Below are positions 19,393 through 28,177 of a stretch of 32,000 bases of DNA, piece by piece (positions within the stretch are counted from its first letter, which is position 1; every line of letters begins with the position of its first letter). This stretch comes from Delftia acidovorans NBRC 14950 (GTDB lineage Bacteria; Pseudomonadota; Gammaproteobacteria; Burkholderiales; Burkholderiaceae_C), in contig NZ_BCZP01000005.1 of NCBI RefSeq assembly GCF_001598795.1, positions 305,026 through 337,025 of the forward strand, in the 5' to 3' direction. Both the position numbers and the translations under genes were made by a program. Below the pieces are notes generated by a model. It made no database searches and was not told the DNA's origin. It saw only the letters and a program-made list of their open reading frames with translations.

Positions 19393-19986
19393 TTACTTTA
19401 TGAACATGTTGACGCTGGACCGCAGGCACAGCGCATCCGCTCCGCAGGCCTGGGCCTGCGACTTTTCCGTGGCCTGGGCATTGACCTCATAGAAGTCCGT
19501 GCAGCCGGTGGCGGGTGCATCCAGCGCGGACGTCGCACTACCCGACTTGGGACAGGCGGTCGTGATGTATCGGGGATACCAGTACCCATCGGGCTTCTGA
19601 AACCCGGCCGCCTTGGCCTTGGTCGTACGAAAATCCGTACCGAGCCCGATGGAGTCCGTACGCACGTCGGACACCGAGCAGGGAATGCCGCTGCCCTCGG
19701 CCACCGGAGTGCCGGCGCCATTGCAGGGCTTGAGTGCGACGGCATGCTCCAGCAGCTTGCGCTCGCCTTCTCGCAGCGTGCCATCCGCGGTTTCATACAG
19801 CCGCTGGCTATCCACCATGTTGGCAGCGATGCGCGCCTCCAGCGTGGCCACGCGCATGCCGACCACCGCCAGCAACAACACAAGCAGCAGCATGATCATG
19901 GACACCAGCAAGGCATTGCCGCGCTGGCGCCCGTGCAGGACACAGGACATGCAGCGGCGGCTCCGGGCTCCGATCAGCGCGGTCAT
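19393..19986 (-). CDS. pilX: type IV pilus minor pilin PilX
   Basis: The ATG overlaps the pilW stop (ATGA). The hydrophobic N-terminus RQRGNALLVSMIMLLLVLLLAVVGM is followed by LEARIAAN, as in PilX_N. Confidence 0.75.
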   Translation of the reverse strand: MTALIGARSRRCMSCVLHGRQRGNALLVSMIMLLLVLLLAVVGMRVATLEARIAANMVDSQRLYETADGTLREGERKLLEHAVALKPCNGAGTPVAEGSGIPCSVSDVRTDSIGLGTDFRTTKAKAAGFQKPDGYWYPRYITTACPKSGSATSALDAPATGCTDFYEVNAQATEKSQAQACGADALCLRSSVNMFIK

Positions 19987-20777
19987 GGCATCAGATTCCT
20001 CAGGGTAAGCGTGCTGGTGGCCAGTTGCAGCAGGGGGCCGGCATTCGCATCGCATCGGGCCGCGGCGCCGCCCAGTTGCGCCCAACGCTCGCAGACGGTG
20101 GAGGCCATGCCCTGCGTCACCTTGCCGGAGCTTTCCAGCAAGAGGGCAAGGCGCAGGGAACGGATGGTTTCCTGCTGCCCGGGCAACGTGGCCGCGAAGG
20201 CATCGACCCTGCGTATCGCGCCGGGCGCTGTCTGCCGATCGATGCCGAACTCGAAATGCACCGCCCGCACGCCATCGGCGAGCGGCACAACCTCCTGCGC
20301 TGCCCGGCAGACCAGCACACCACTTTCAACGGTGTATTTCTCCGCGAACATGCCGGTCGCCGGCGCCGGAGCGTCATAGGGGCCGGCGGCTCCCAGGTTC
20401 GCGGGCGTGCCCGCACAATCGGTTTCCGCAGCGTCCCGGGGCTGGAAGCGAAGGCAGATGCTCTGCGCGTCAGCCGCGTAGAGCGCCTGTCCCTGGGCGA
20501 ACTGGCAGCCGTTGGGATGGGGCGAGGAATCGGCAGGAAATGCGTCGAACATCGCCTGCGAAGGGTCTCTCCTGTAGCCTGCCTTGGAGAACTCGGAGTC
20601 CAGCACGGCCAGCGCCAGCCGGCTGTTGCCGAGGTTCTCGCTCTGCCCCACGCGAAAACCGAAGCTCGACAGCCCCTGCATGTAGATGGTGGTGGCAATC
20701 AGCACGAGGAACAGGCCGATGGCCAGCGCCACCATAATCTCCACCAGGGACATGCCCGCCTGTGACGGCATGCGCAT
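19983..20777 (-). CDS. pilW: type IV pilus minor pilin PilW
   Basis: Leader MRMPSQAG/MSLVEIMVALAIGLFLVLI. The start is set at the first Met that leaves a Gly at position -1. 20771 is an alternative start. Confidence 0.75.
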   Translation of the reverse strand: MRMPSQAGMSLVEIMVALAIGLFLVLIATTIYMQGLSSFGFRVGQSENLGNSRLALAVLDSEFSKAGYRRDPSQAMFDAFPADSSPHPNGCQFAQGQALYAADAQSICLRFQPRDAAETDCAGTPANLGAAGPYDAPAPATGMFAEKYTVESGVLVCRAAQEVVPLADGVRAVHFEFGIDRQTAPGAIRRVDAFAATLPGQQETIRSLRLALLLESSGKVTQGMASTVCERWAQLGGAAARCDANAGPLLQLATSTLTLRNLMP

Positions 20778-20805
20778 GCGGCACGCCCGTGCGTCCGGCC
20801 CGTGC

Positions 20806-21351
20806 TCAAAGCCGCGACCGCAGCGTGAATGTGCAAAATTCATTGTCGCTTCCATCCAGACATTGGCCTTTCTTGACCGGCCAGGCCACCGTCACGGACA
20901 CCAGGCCATCGGCATCGGCGCTCACGGCGAAGGAGGTGTCGATGTGGTCCGCGGTGAGATCGGGCACCAGCTTGCGGGCCCGCTCGCCCCAGCAGGCCAG
21001 GCGCTGCGCCCGCGGCTGCGGCAAAGGCTGGCAGGCCGCAGGGGCCGCGGGCATCGCGGCCCCCTGCAGCTTCTGATAGCCGGCCAGTTCCTCCACGGGC
21101 ACACCCTTCGCGTCCAGGACCGTGGCCGTATCCCCCCGCAGGGTCTCCAGCAGTTCGGAAGCCAGCATGGATGCCATCTGGCGCCGCTCGGTATCCACGG
21201 TGTATTCAATGGCACGCACATGGATGCGCACGGCGCCCAGCAGCCCCACGGCCACCAGCAGCACGGCGACGAGTACCTCGATAAGGCCTGCGCCGCGTTG
21301 CCTGCGAGAAGAAAAAGGAATGGACATGTTGCAGACCCGTTGCATGCGCAT
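20806..21351 (-). CDS. pilV: type IV pilus minor pilin PilV
   Basis: The core RRQRGAGLIEVLVAVLLVAVGLLG is prepilin-like. The ATG at 21351 overlaps the fimU stop (TGATG). An alternative start at 21327 gives the shorter leader MSIPFSSRRQRG. Confidence 0.7.
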   Translation of the reverse strand: MRMQRVCNMSIPFSSRRQRGAGLIEVLVAVLLVAVGLLGAVRIHVRAIEYTVDTERRQMASMLASELLETLRGDTATVLDAKGVPVEELAGYQKLQGAAMPAAPAACQPLPQPRAQRLACWGERARKLVPDLTADHIDTSFAVSADADGLVSVTVAWPVKKGQCLDGSDNEFCTFTLRSRL

Positions 21352-21863
21352 CAGCAACTGCCGCCGGCAGGCAGCCGCTGCTGGCGCACAAGCCCGGCGC
21401 GAGTCACTCTCAGGCAGTGCATGCGCGTGGCATGGCGAGCCGTGACGGTCAGCGTGTACAGCGTGCTGGCGCCGGAGAACTGCCTGGCGGTCCCCGTGGT
21501 TTCGAACAGGACGCCCTGGGAAGAATCACCGGAGGGCGACACGGTCACGGCATCAGGCACCCAGGCCTCGCGCACCAGTTGCCCCCCCGACTTGGCGGAC
21601 CATGTCTGCCCCGTGCCCACGAAGCTGCTTTCCACCCGTTTGTAGACCGCTTCGGAGCGAGCCAGCTGCAGCAACGACTGCAACTCGAGCGCAGCCGAGC
21701 TGACGCGCTGGTTGGCTATTTGGACGATGAAGGAAGGAGCGGCCAGAGCGGCCAGAATCGCGATCAGCGCCACCACGACCATCATCTCGATGAGGGTGAA
21801 GCCACGGGGCCGTTGCCACCTGCCACCTGGACAGCCGTTGCGTGTGTAACCGGGATTTTTCAT
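21351..21863 (-). CDS. fimU: type IV pilus minor pilin FimU / GspH-family
   Basis: RPRG/FTLIEMMVVVALIAILAALAAPSF prepilin motif. It is the first gene of the fimU-pilVWXY1E arrangement. Confidence 0.8.
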   Translation of the reverse strand: MKNPGYTRNGCPGGRWQRPRGFTLIEMMVVVALIAILAALAAPSFIVQIANQRVSSAALELQSLLQLARSEAVYKRVESSFVGTGQTWSAKSGGQLVREAWVPDAVTVSPSGDSSQGVLFETTGTARQFSGASTLYTLTVTARHATRMHCLRVTRAGLVRQQRLPAGGSC

Positions 21864-22272
21864 GCAAGCGTGCTTCTCGTTGGCGGGGGACCATGCGACA
21901 GGCCTGAAAGCCCTGCGCCATTGCTCTTGATTGATGTTTGCAATCGTAATTCAATGGCAATGCAAAACACCTATTGACACAGGTCATGGGACAAATATAG
22001 GACTTGTCTTATAAAAACCTGCGCAGAGCGCAACACCCCATCCAGCAAGCCCGGCCCGCCGTCCGCGCACGCAAGCTCGGCGGAACGGCCCGCGCGACGG
22101 GCATGGCCACGGTGGCGATACGGCAGATCCCGAAGTCAGGCAGGCAGGCCTCGCATCAAGCGCCTGAAAATCCACGGCAGCATGAGCGGCCGCAATCCAG
22201 CCGCAGCGCGATTGGCCATGCGAATATCCCGTCTGCTTGCAGCCCGAGGAAGAAAAAGTTTTCGCCCAAAGC

Positions 22273-22313
22273 AAAAATCCCCAGAGCATTTCTGCTCTGG
22301 GGATCTTTTTATT
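22273..22313 (-). terminator. bidirectional rho-independent terminator downstream of tRNA-His copy 1
   Basis: Perfect 12-bp stem ATCCCCAGAGCA (22277-22288) / TGCTCTGGGGAT (22293-22304) with loop TTTC. An A5 run lies on one side and a T5 run on the other. Confidence 0.85.
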
Positions 22314-22390
22314 TGGGGTGGCTGATGGGGCTCGAACCCACGACAACAGGAATCACAATCCTGGACTCTACCAACTGAGCTACAGCCACC
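22314..22390 (-). tRNA. tRNA-His (anticodon GTG), copy 1
   Basis: The reverse complement folds as G-1 + GTGGCTG acceptor, GCTC..GAGT D arm, CAGGA-TTGTGAT-TCCTG anticodon arm, GTGGG-TTCGAGC-CCCAT T arm, then CAGCCAC-C-CCA. Confidence 0.92.
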
Positions 22391-22603
22391 GTTGAAGCAT
22401 TCGATTATATGCCAAAAACCAGCAGGCAAATGCTTTGGAACAGGCGTTACGTGACGGATCGGGAGCAGCAGGAACAAAGGCGCATCGGGGGACGCGGGCA
22501 ACGGGCATGATGCCGCCATCCTCCATGCAGCCGCAGCCGGCAGGAACCTTGCCCGGCGTCCCTGGAGCTTTCGGGGACAACCAGTCCCCCTGCCGCCCAA
22601 AGC

Positions 22604-22644
22604 AAAAATCCCCAGAGCATTTCTGCTCTGGGGATCTTTTTATT
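22604..22644 (-). terminator. bidirectional terminator downstream of tRNA-His copy 2
   Basis: Identical to the hairpin at 22273..22313, offset by 331 nt. Confidence 0.85.
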
Positions 22645-22721
22645 TGGGGTGGCTGATGGGGCTCGAACCCACGACAACAGGAATCACAATCCTGGACTCT
22701 ACCAACTGAGCTACAGCCACC
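22645..22721 (-). tRNA. tRNA-His (anticodon GTG), copy 2
   Basis: Sequence identical to copy 1. Confidence 0.92.
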
Positions 22722-22794
22722 GTAGAAGAACGCTATTCTATTCCAAAAAACTGCTTGATTTCTGAAATTTCTGTTTTGCTAGAAATTTCTCTCA

Positions 22795-24690
22795 TCAGGG
22801 GCGCGGGACCTTGATCTGCACCTTGAGCTGTTTCTTGAGAAGCTCGTAGTATGCCATAGCTTCTGCGACCGCAGAGCTTCGCAGGAAGTCCTGCTTCTGC
22901 GCGGCAGCAGCCTGTGCATCATCGGCCGGGCGCTCGACGATGCGGTTGATCTTGACCACGGCATAGCCTTGGGCACCCATGTCAACACCAGTCCAGGCAG
23001 GCAGCTGAGCGGTCGGTGCGCGCAGGGCGGCATCCACCACTTCGCGCGACAGGCCTTCGGGCTGGTCACGGCTGATCACCTTGGCGGCAGGCAGTTGCGC
23101 CGCATCAGGCTTGGCCTTCCATGCGGCGAGCTTGGCCTCGCCATCGGCCTTGGCCAGTTCGGCGGACTTTTGCGCCACGTACAGGGTGCGCAGCTTGTCG
23201 CCGACCTCGGCCATGGGCAGCGTGCGGGCAGGCGTGTACTCCACCACACGGCCGGCCACCAACTGGTTGGAACCCAGCTCCACCGCATCGGTGTTGCGCT
23301 TGTTGTTCAGCGAATCGCTGGAGAACAACGCTTCCAGGAAGCGTGGATTGGCCAGGGGGCCCTTGACGTTGGGGCCGGGCTGGCGCGTCACATGGTCTGC
23401 CTTTTGCACGGTGAGCTTGAACTTCTCGGCCACGGGCTGCAGGCTGTCCGACTGTTCGTAGACGGCATTGGAGAAACCTTCCGCCAGTTCGGCGAACTTG
23501 CGCTGGGCCTGCTGCTGCTTGAGTTCGGCTTCCAGCTTGGGACGCATCTGCTCGAAGCTCGGAGCCTTGGGCTTCTTGATGTCCACCAGCGAGATGATGT
23601 GGTAGCCGAAGTCGCTGTGCACCACGTCGCTGATGTCGCCGACCTTCATGCCGAAGGCTGCGTCCTCGAAGGGCTTGACCATGGCACCGCGGCCGAAGTA
23701 GCCCAGATCGCCACCCGATGCAGCGGAGCCACCGTCCTGCGAATTGGCCTTGGCCAGTTCGGCGAAGCGCTTGGGGTCCTTGCGCAGCTCGGCCAGCAGT
23801 TCCTCGGCCTTGGCCTTGGCTTTTTCCTGCTCGGCAGCAGGCGCATCCTTGCTTGCATTGATCAGGATGTGGCTGGCACGGCGCTCTTCGGGGCCGGCCA
23901 GGCGCTCGGCGTTCTGGTTGTAGTAGGAACGCACATCGTCTTCGCTCAGCGTGATGCCGGCCTCGATGCTGGGAACGTCCAGCAGCAGGTATTCCACCTT
24001 GGCCTGCTCCGATTGCTGGAACTGGCTGGTGTGGGCATCGTAGTAGGCCTTGAGGTCTGCCTCGGTGGGCTGGACCTTGCTGGCGTAGGCGCTGGCTTCA
24101 AAGCGGGCCACCTGCACTTCGCGGCGCTGGTACAGCGCATCGATAGCCTGCTTGACCTGGGTGTCGGTCGCAAAGGCCGTACCCGTCACGCCACCCATCA
24201 CCTGGTTCATGGACAGCTCGCGGCGCAGGTTGGCCTCGAAGCCTTCAGGCGTCAGGCCCTGAGATCCGACCAGGGCACGGTAGGCCTCGGCATCCATCGA
24301 GCCGTCAGGCTTCTTGAGCGCGGCAATCGCGGGGATCTCCTGCAGCGTGCGCACCAGTTGCGCATCGGACGCTGCCAGGTGCATCTTCTGCACGGCGGCG
24401 GCCAGCACCTGGTCACGCACCATCTTCTCCAGCGTGGCGTAGCGCGCCTGCGGTGAGTCCAGCAGCTTGGGGTCGATGTTGGGGTTCTCGGCGCGCAGGC
24501 GATCACTCTCCATGCGGTGCGCGTTCTCCCAGTCGGCCTGCTTGATCTCATGACCATCGACACGTGCGACGATGACGCTGGACTCTGTGAAGTAGTTCTG
24601 GTTCACACCCACGAAGATGAACGAGGGAATGATCAGCAAGAACAACAAGATCATCACGAACTTGGAATGCTTGCGGATGGATTCGAACAT
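22795..24690 (-). CDS. ppiD: periplasmic chaperone / peptidyl-prolyl isomerase PpiD
   Basis: Start [28 protein letters not shown] (N-terminal membrane anchor). Parvulin domain [11 protein letters not shown]...[21 protein letters not shown]...SDFGYHII. Length is 631 aa. Confidence 0.9.
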   Translation of the reverse strand: MFESIRKHSKFVMILLFLLIIPSFIFVGVNQNYFTESSVIVARVDGHEIKQADWENAHRMESDRLRAENPNIDPKLLDSPQARYATLEKMVRDQVLAAAVQKMHLAASDAQLVRTLQEIPAIAALKKPDGSMDAEAYRALVGSQGLTPEGFEANLRRELSMNQVMGGVTGTAFATDTQVKQAIDALYQRREVQVARFEASAYASKVQPTEADLKAYYDAHTSQFQQSEQAKVEYLLLDVPSIEAGITLSEDDVRSYYNQNAERLAGPEERRASHILINASKDAPAAEQEKAKAKAEELLAELRKDPKRFAELAKANSQDGGSAASGGDLGYFGRGAMVKPFEDAAFGMKVGDISDVVHSDFGYHIISLVDIKKPKAPSFEQMRPKLEAELKQQQAQRKFAELAEGFSNAVYEQSDSLQPVAEKFKLTVQKADHVTRQPGPNVKGPLANPRFLEALFSSDSLNNKRNTDAVELGSNQLVAGRVVEYTPARTLPMAEVGDKLRTLYVAQKSAELAKADGEAKLAAWKAKPDAAQLPAAKVISRDQPEGLSREVVDAALRAPTAQLPAWTGVDMGAQGYAVVKINRIVERPADDAQAAAAQKQDFLRSSAVAEAMAYYELLKKQLKVQIKVPRP

Positions 24691-24714
24691 GGTCTGTCGT
24701 CTTTCAATGGCAGA

Positions 24715-24746
24715 AATAGAAAAGGCGAACTTTCGTTCGCCTTTTG
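24715..24746 (-). terminator. rho-independent terminator following the tRNA-Val remnant
   Basis: Stem AAAGGCGAAC (24721-24730) / GTTCGCCTTT (24735-24744) with loop TTTC. A T-rich tract follows on the minus strand. Confidence 0.7.
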
Positions 24747-24750
24747 TTCT

Positions 24751-24799
24751 TGGTGGGTGCTGACGGGGTCGAACCGCCGACCTACGCCTTGTAAGGGAA
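24751..24799 (-). other. 3' fragment of tRNA-Val(TAC): anticodon loop to CCA only, a prophage attachment-site remnant
   Basis: The reverse complement reads CC-CTTACAA-GGCGT-AGGTC-GGCGG-TTCGACC-CCGTC-AGCACCC-A-CCA. No matching 5' acceptor (GGGTGCT), D arm or 5' anticodon stem lies upstream. Confidence 0.75.
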
Positions 24800-24949
24800 A
24801 ATTCCACCATTACAAATCAATAGCTTACAGCGTCTACCAACTTCGTCCCACCAGCTTTAAGAGGTCGAAGCGAAACATTCTACTTTCTCCAGCACATCAG
24901 CCTCCCGGTTCGCCGGGTCATATACGCCACAGCGCGGGAACGCGCTGAC

Positions 24950-24984
24950 TTGAGGGGATCGCCGGTTACTGTATATTTATACAG
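24950..24984 (+). promoter_or_regulatory. sigma70-like promoter overlapped by a LexA (SOS) box, upstream of umuD
   Basis: TTGAGG (24950-24955), 16 nt, then TATATT (24972-24977). A perfect CTGT-N8-ACAG palindrome CTGTATATTTATACAG lies at 24969-24984, 17 nt before the umuD ATG. Confidence 0.85.
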
Positions 24985-25000
24985 CACAAGGAATTCGGCC

Positions 25001-25444
25001 ATGCCCCACCTCATCACCTCCTCACAACCAGTTGCGGTCACCATGCCGCTAACACCGCTGCCGGCCCCCAACAGCCCAGTGCGCGCTGGCTTTCCCAGCC
25101 CCGCCGAAGACTTCAGTTGTGCGCGCATCGATCTGGCCAAAATCATGGTCAAGCATCCCCAGTGCACGTTCCTGCTGCGCGTCCGCGGCGACTCGATGAT
25201 TGGGGCAGGGATCTTCGACGGCGACCTGTTGGTGGTGGACAAGTACTTGCGCCCCCAGCATGGCGACATCGTTGTGGCTGAAGTTGATGGCGACTTCACA
25301 TGCAAAAGATTCTGGGCCAGGTATGACCAGGTGATGCTCCGCGCCGAGAACCCCACATACCCAGACATCCGTGCGAAAGAAGGCCAACAGCTGGAGATCT
25401 GGGGCGTGGTGACGTGCGCCGTCAAGTCGTTCCGCTCATTGTGA
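25001..25444 (+). CDS. umuD: translesion-synthesis protein UmuD (S24 self-cleaving peptidase)
   Basis: AAGGA SD. Cleavage-site region VRAGFPSPAEDF, compared with E. coli QCGFPSPAADY. Ser in RGDSM and Lys in FTCKRF form the dyad. Confidence 0.88.
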   Translation: MPHLITSSQPVAVTMPLTPLPAPNSPVRAGFPSPAEDFSCARIDLAKIMVKHPQCTFLLRVRGDSMIGAGIFDGDLLVVDKYLRPQHGDIVVAEVDGDFTCKRFWARYDQVMLRAENPTYPDIRAKEGQQLEIWGVVTCAVKSFRSL

Positions 25445-25453
25445 GATCAGGCC

Positions 25454-26740
25454 ATGTTCGCGCTGCTGGACGGCAACAATTTCTACGTGAGCTGCGAGCG
25501 CGTGTTCCGCCCGGCGCTCAAGGGCCTGCCTGTAATTGTCCTGAGCAACAACGACGGCTGCGCCATTGCCCGGTCGGAGGAAGCCAAGGCCCTCGGGATC
25601 AAGATGGGCGAGCCATTCTTTCAGATCAAGCACCGCATCCACCAAGGCCTTGTCGCCCTGTCCGCAAATTTCGTGCTGTACGGAGACATGAGCGACCGCA
25701 TGATGTCCCTTGCCGCAGGCCTAGGGCCAGAACAAGAGATTTACAGCATCGACGAATGCTTTATCGGCCTTGCTGGCGTGCACGACGTGACACGCAGATC
25801 ATGGGCAATCCGTGATCGCATCTTGCGGGGCGTGGGCATCCCCACGTGCATCGGCATCGGCCCCACGAAGACTCTGGCGAAACTTGCCAATCATGTGGCC
25901 AAGGACGCGGAGCGCAAGCCGGGCAGCTACCCGAAGGAGCTGGCTCAGGTGTGCAACCTCACTGAGCTACCAACTGCACAGCTTCGAGAATTGCTGGAAA
26001 GCACGCCTGTGGGTGATGTCTGGGGCGTTGGCCGACGAATCAAGATGCGCCTCTTGGATCACCAGATTTATACGGCATGGGATCTCGCTCAGGCACCACA
26101 GGCCCTGGTGCGCTCACACTTCGGCGTGGTCCTTGAGCGCACGGCGCGGGAGCTTCAAGGCACTTCATGCTTGGGTCTTGAGCACGAGCCGCCGCCAAAG
26201 CAGCAAATTGCATGCACGCGCTCATTCGGCAGACCAGTCACTGACCTCGCCCCGCTGATTGAGGCCGTATCGACATTCGCGCAGCGGGCTGCCGAGAAAC
26301 TGCGTGCGCAGAACAGCAGGGCCGGCGCCGTGCATGTTTTCGCGCATACCAGCCCATTTCGTGACGGACCACGGTTTGCCCGCAGCACCACCATCCAACT
26401 CCCACAGCCCAGCAGCGACACGGCGCTGCTGGTGCGTGCTGCAGCGCGCGGGATCGCCAAGATCTACGAGCCCGGCTATCAGCTCTCGAAGGCCGGCGTG
26501 ATGCTGCTGGATCTCACCCCTGTTTCGATACAGCAAGCCTCATTGCTCGATGAGCCTAACGTCTATGCACGCGACCACAGCCCCCTCATGGAGGCCATGG
26601 ACCGACTCAACGAGCGCTATGGCAAGGGCACGTTGGGAGTGGCCAGCGCATTGCAGGTGGCCGGCTGGGGCATGCGCCAGGACCGCCGCACCCCCCGATA
26701 CACCACGGACCTGCACGACATCCCCATCGCACGAACCTGA
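25454..26740 (+). CDS. umuC: Y-family DNA polymerase V catalytic subunit UmuC
   Basis: MFALLDGNNFYVSCERVFRPALKGLPVIVLSNNDGCAIARSEEAKALGIKMG is a typical UmuC/RumB N-terminus. SIDECF motif present. Length is 428 aa. Confidence 0.9.
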   Translation: MFALLDGNNFYVSCERVFRPALKGLPVIVLSNNDGCAIARSEEAKALGIKMGEPFFQIKHRIHQGLVALSANFVLYGDMSDRMMSLAAGLGPEQEIYSIDECFIGLAGVHDVTRRSWAIRDRILRGVGIPTCIGIGPTKTLAKLANHVAKDAERKPGSYPKELAQVCNLTELPTAQLRELLESTPVGDVWGVGRRIKMRLLDHQIYTAWDLAQAPQALVRSHFGVVLERTARELQGTSCLGLEHEPPPKQQIACTRSFGRPVTDLAPLIEAVSTFAQRAAEKLRAQNSRAGAVHVFAHTSPFRDGPRFARSTTIQLPQPSSDTALLVRAAARGIAKIYEPGYQLSKAGVMLLDLTPVSIQQASLLDEPNVYARDHSPLMEAMDRLNERYGKGTLGVASALQVAGWGMRQDRRTPRYTTDLHDIPIART

Positions 26741-26753
26741 CCTGGAGATCGTT

Positions 26754-26969
26754 ATGAAAATGTCTCTCGAAGTTGAGCTTTATCCCACTTTGCTCACAAT
26801 ACCCCGTTGGTTCGGAACGCCAGAAGTGCAGATCCTGCCCGGCCTGCCTGAGCATTACTTCATAAATGAAGTGGAGCCCGGATGGTTTGTTGTGAGGGAT
26901 CTAGACAATGACCTGATTTACAGCGGTCTCGGGCCAGTGTCTGTAGAACGTTCGCGAGCACCATTTTAA
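26754..26969 (+). CDS. hypothetical 71-aa protein
   Basis: The ATG lies 13 nt after the umuC stop and 5 nt after GGAGA. G+C is intermediate (near 48% by my rough count). No motif recognised. Confidence 0.45.
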   Translation: MKMSLEVELYPTLLTIPRWFGTPEVQILPGLPEHYFINEVEPGWFVVRDLDNDLIYSGLGPVSVERSRAPF

Positions 26970-27124
26970 GATGCAATGGATGGATACGTGTTTATCATAC
27001 AATTTCTTCGGGAACTGCTGCTGTACGTTTGCGGCCCGCCTTCGTCAAGGTCACTAACTGATATAGATAGATTTTGAACAATATCAACCAAACAACGGTT
27101 TTTAGTCATCAACAGGATCACTAG

Positions 27125-27940
27125 ATGAGTACAAATGACAGTCTTCAGTTTTTTCTTCGCCTACTGACGCAAAAACATAGTGCACTTCAAGTAGGATTAA
27201 ATAATTTCCTTGGCGAATTGATTGGAAACGACCCAAAAGCGAAGAAACAAGCAGCAGAAACACTCATAAGAACCGCCAATGATTTGAAAGCTGTTTTATC
27301 AAAAAAAGATATACCCCAATGGCTTTCATCCTTAATTGCTCATCTAACTAATTATTTGTCAGGAACCAGTTCCCCAAATGATATTGTGCGAGGCTTTTTA
27401 CCTCTAAAAGTTGCACTTGATGAACATGTTTGGTCTTTTGAACAAAACCCAGAAGCTTCTTTTGATTTTGATTCAATATTTGAGCATTATAAAAAAGAAA
27501 GCCGTCTACCCCAACTTTTCGACGAGATAGTTGAACTACTTGAAGAAATTCAAAATAGTGGCGAAGTGGATAGCCTTATGATGCTACGCGCCCTCGGCAA
27601 GGTGATCGCCACAATAAAACGCTCCAAAGACGGTTCATATTTCTCAATGAACAGCGCGTGGGATTTTCTTTTAAACTTTCTCAATAACTACTTACTTGCA
27701 GAGCTTTCGAAAATTCCTGTGCTAGGCACTGCCTTGGAAGCGCTGGAAAAAACGATCAAGGAGGCTGATGCAGAAATGTGTAGTTTGCACAAAAATTTAC
27801 GGAATGAATTAATTCGCGTAGTAGGGGAAGATGTAAAGGCATTATCTAGAAACGCATCCTTTCCATTCCTAACATACAACGAATCTGGCAATCTTCAAAC
27901 CCCCAAGCCAATTCCACAACTGCCTAACGTTATTACTTAG
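27125..27940 (+). CDS. hypothetical 271-aa protein, predicted all-helical, on AT-rich foreign DNA
   Basis: It is the only long ORF in a strongly AT-rich stretch (22 G/C in the 59 nt I counted at 27121-27179). It has Lys/Asn/Leu/Glu-rich heptad-like helices. No TM segment or catalytic motif recognised. Confidence 0.7.
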   Translation: MSTNDSLQFFLRLLTQKHSALQVGLNNFLGELIGNDPKAKKQAAETLIRTANDLKAVLSKKDIPQWLSSLIAHLTNYLSGTSSPNDIVRGFLPLKVALDEHVWSFEQNPEASFDFDSIFEHYKKESRLPQLFDEIVELLEEIQNSGEVDSLMMLRALGKVIATIKRSKDGSYFSMNSAWDFLLNFLNNYLLAELSKIPVLGTALEALEKTIKEADAEMCSLHKNLRNELIRVVGEDVKALSRNASFPFLTYNESGNLQTPKPIPQLPNVIT

Positions 27941-27949
27941 CACAAGAAC

Positions 27950-28177
27950 TTAATTTGATACAGGCTCGGGACTTGCGGCGACATCCAATCTTTCCCAGAC
28001 TGCTACATCACAGGCTGGACGTCCCCCGTGCTGACGCGATGGCCCGCAGTTCGCGTAGTCCGAAGAAGTTGGTACCCAGCCCTGCACCGCGCCAGCGTCG
28101 ACGATGCATTCGCGCGAGTGGCGGCCATCGGTAGCGCAGCAGTTGGTGCCTTAGCAGTCGCAGGTGTGTTGTGTCAT
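27950..28177 (-). pseudogene. Cys-rich small ORF interrupted by an in-frame TAA after codon 8
   Basis: The ATG overlaps the lipoprotein stop (ATGA). It reads MTQHTCDC-TAA-GTNCCATDGRHSRECIVDAGAVQGW... The region after the stop has high third-position G+C but no start codon of its own. Confidence 0.4.

Noticed and set aside
21905-21920. A sigma54-like element on the minus strand (TGGCGC-N5-TTTCA) lies about 45 nt upstream of fimU.
   Set aside because: The -12 element is TTTC rather than TTGC. Minor-pilin operons are not classically sigma54-dependent. This is a single degenerate match without supporting enhancer-binding sites.
22264-22723. Repeated identical hairpin-containing units could have been a small CRISPR-like or REP array.
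   Set aside because: There are only two units, each is a complete tRNA-His plus terminator, and there are no cas genes or short regular spacers.
24800-24860. The sequence next to the tRNA-Val fragment contains GTTGGTAGACGC on the minus strand, which resembles a tRNA D-loop. This suggested a complete or intron-containing tRNA.
   Set aside because: No acceptor stem complementary to AGCACCC can be formed, nor a D stem or a 5' anticodon stem. I treat it as phage-side att arm sequence.
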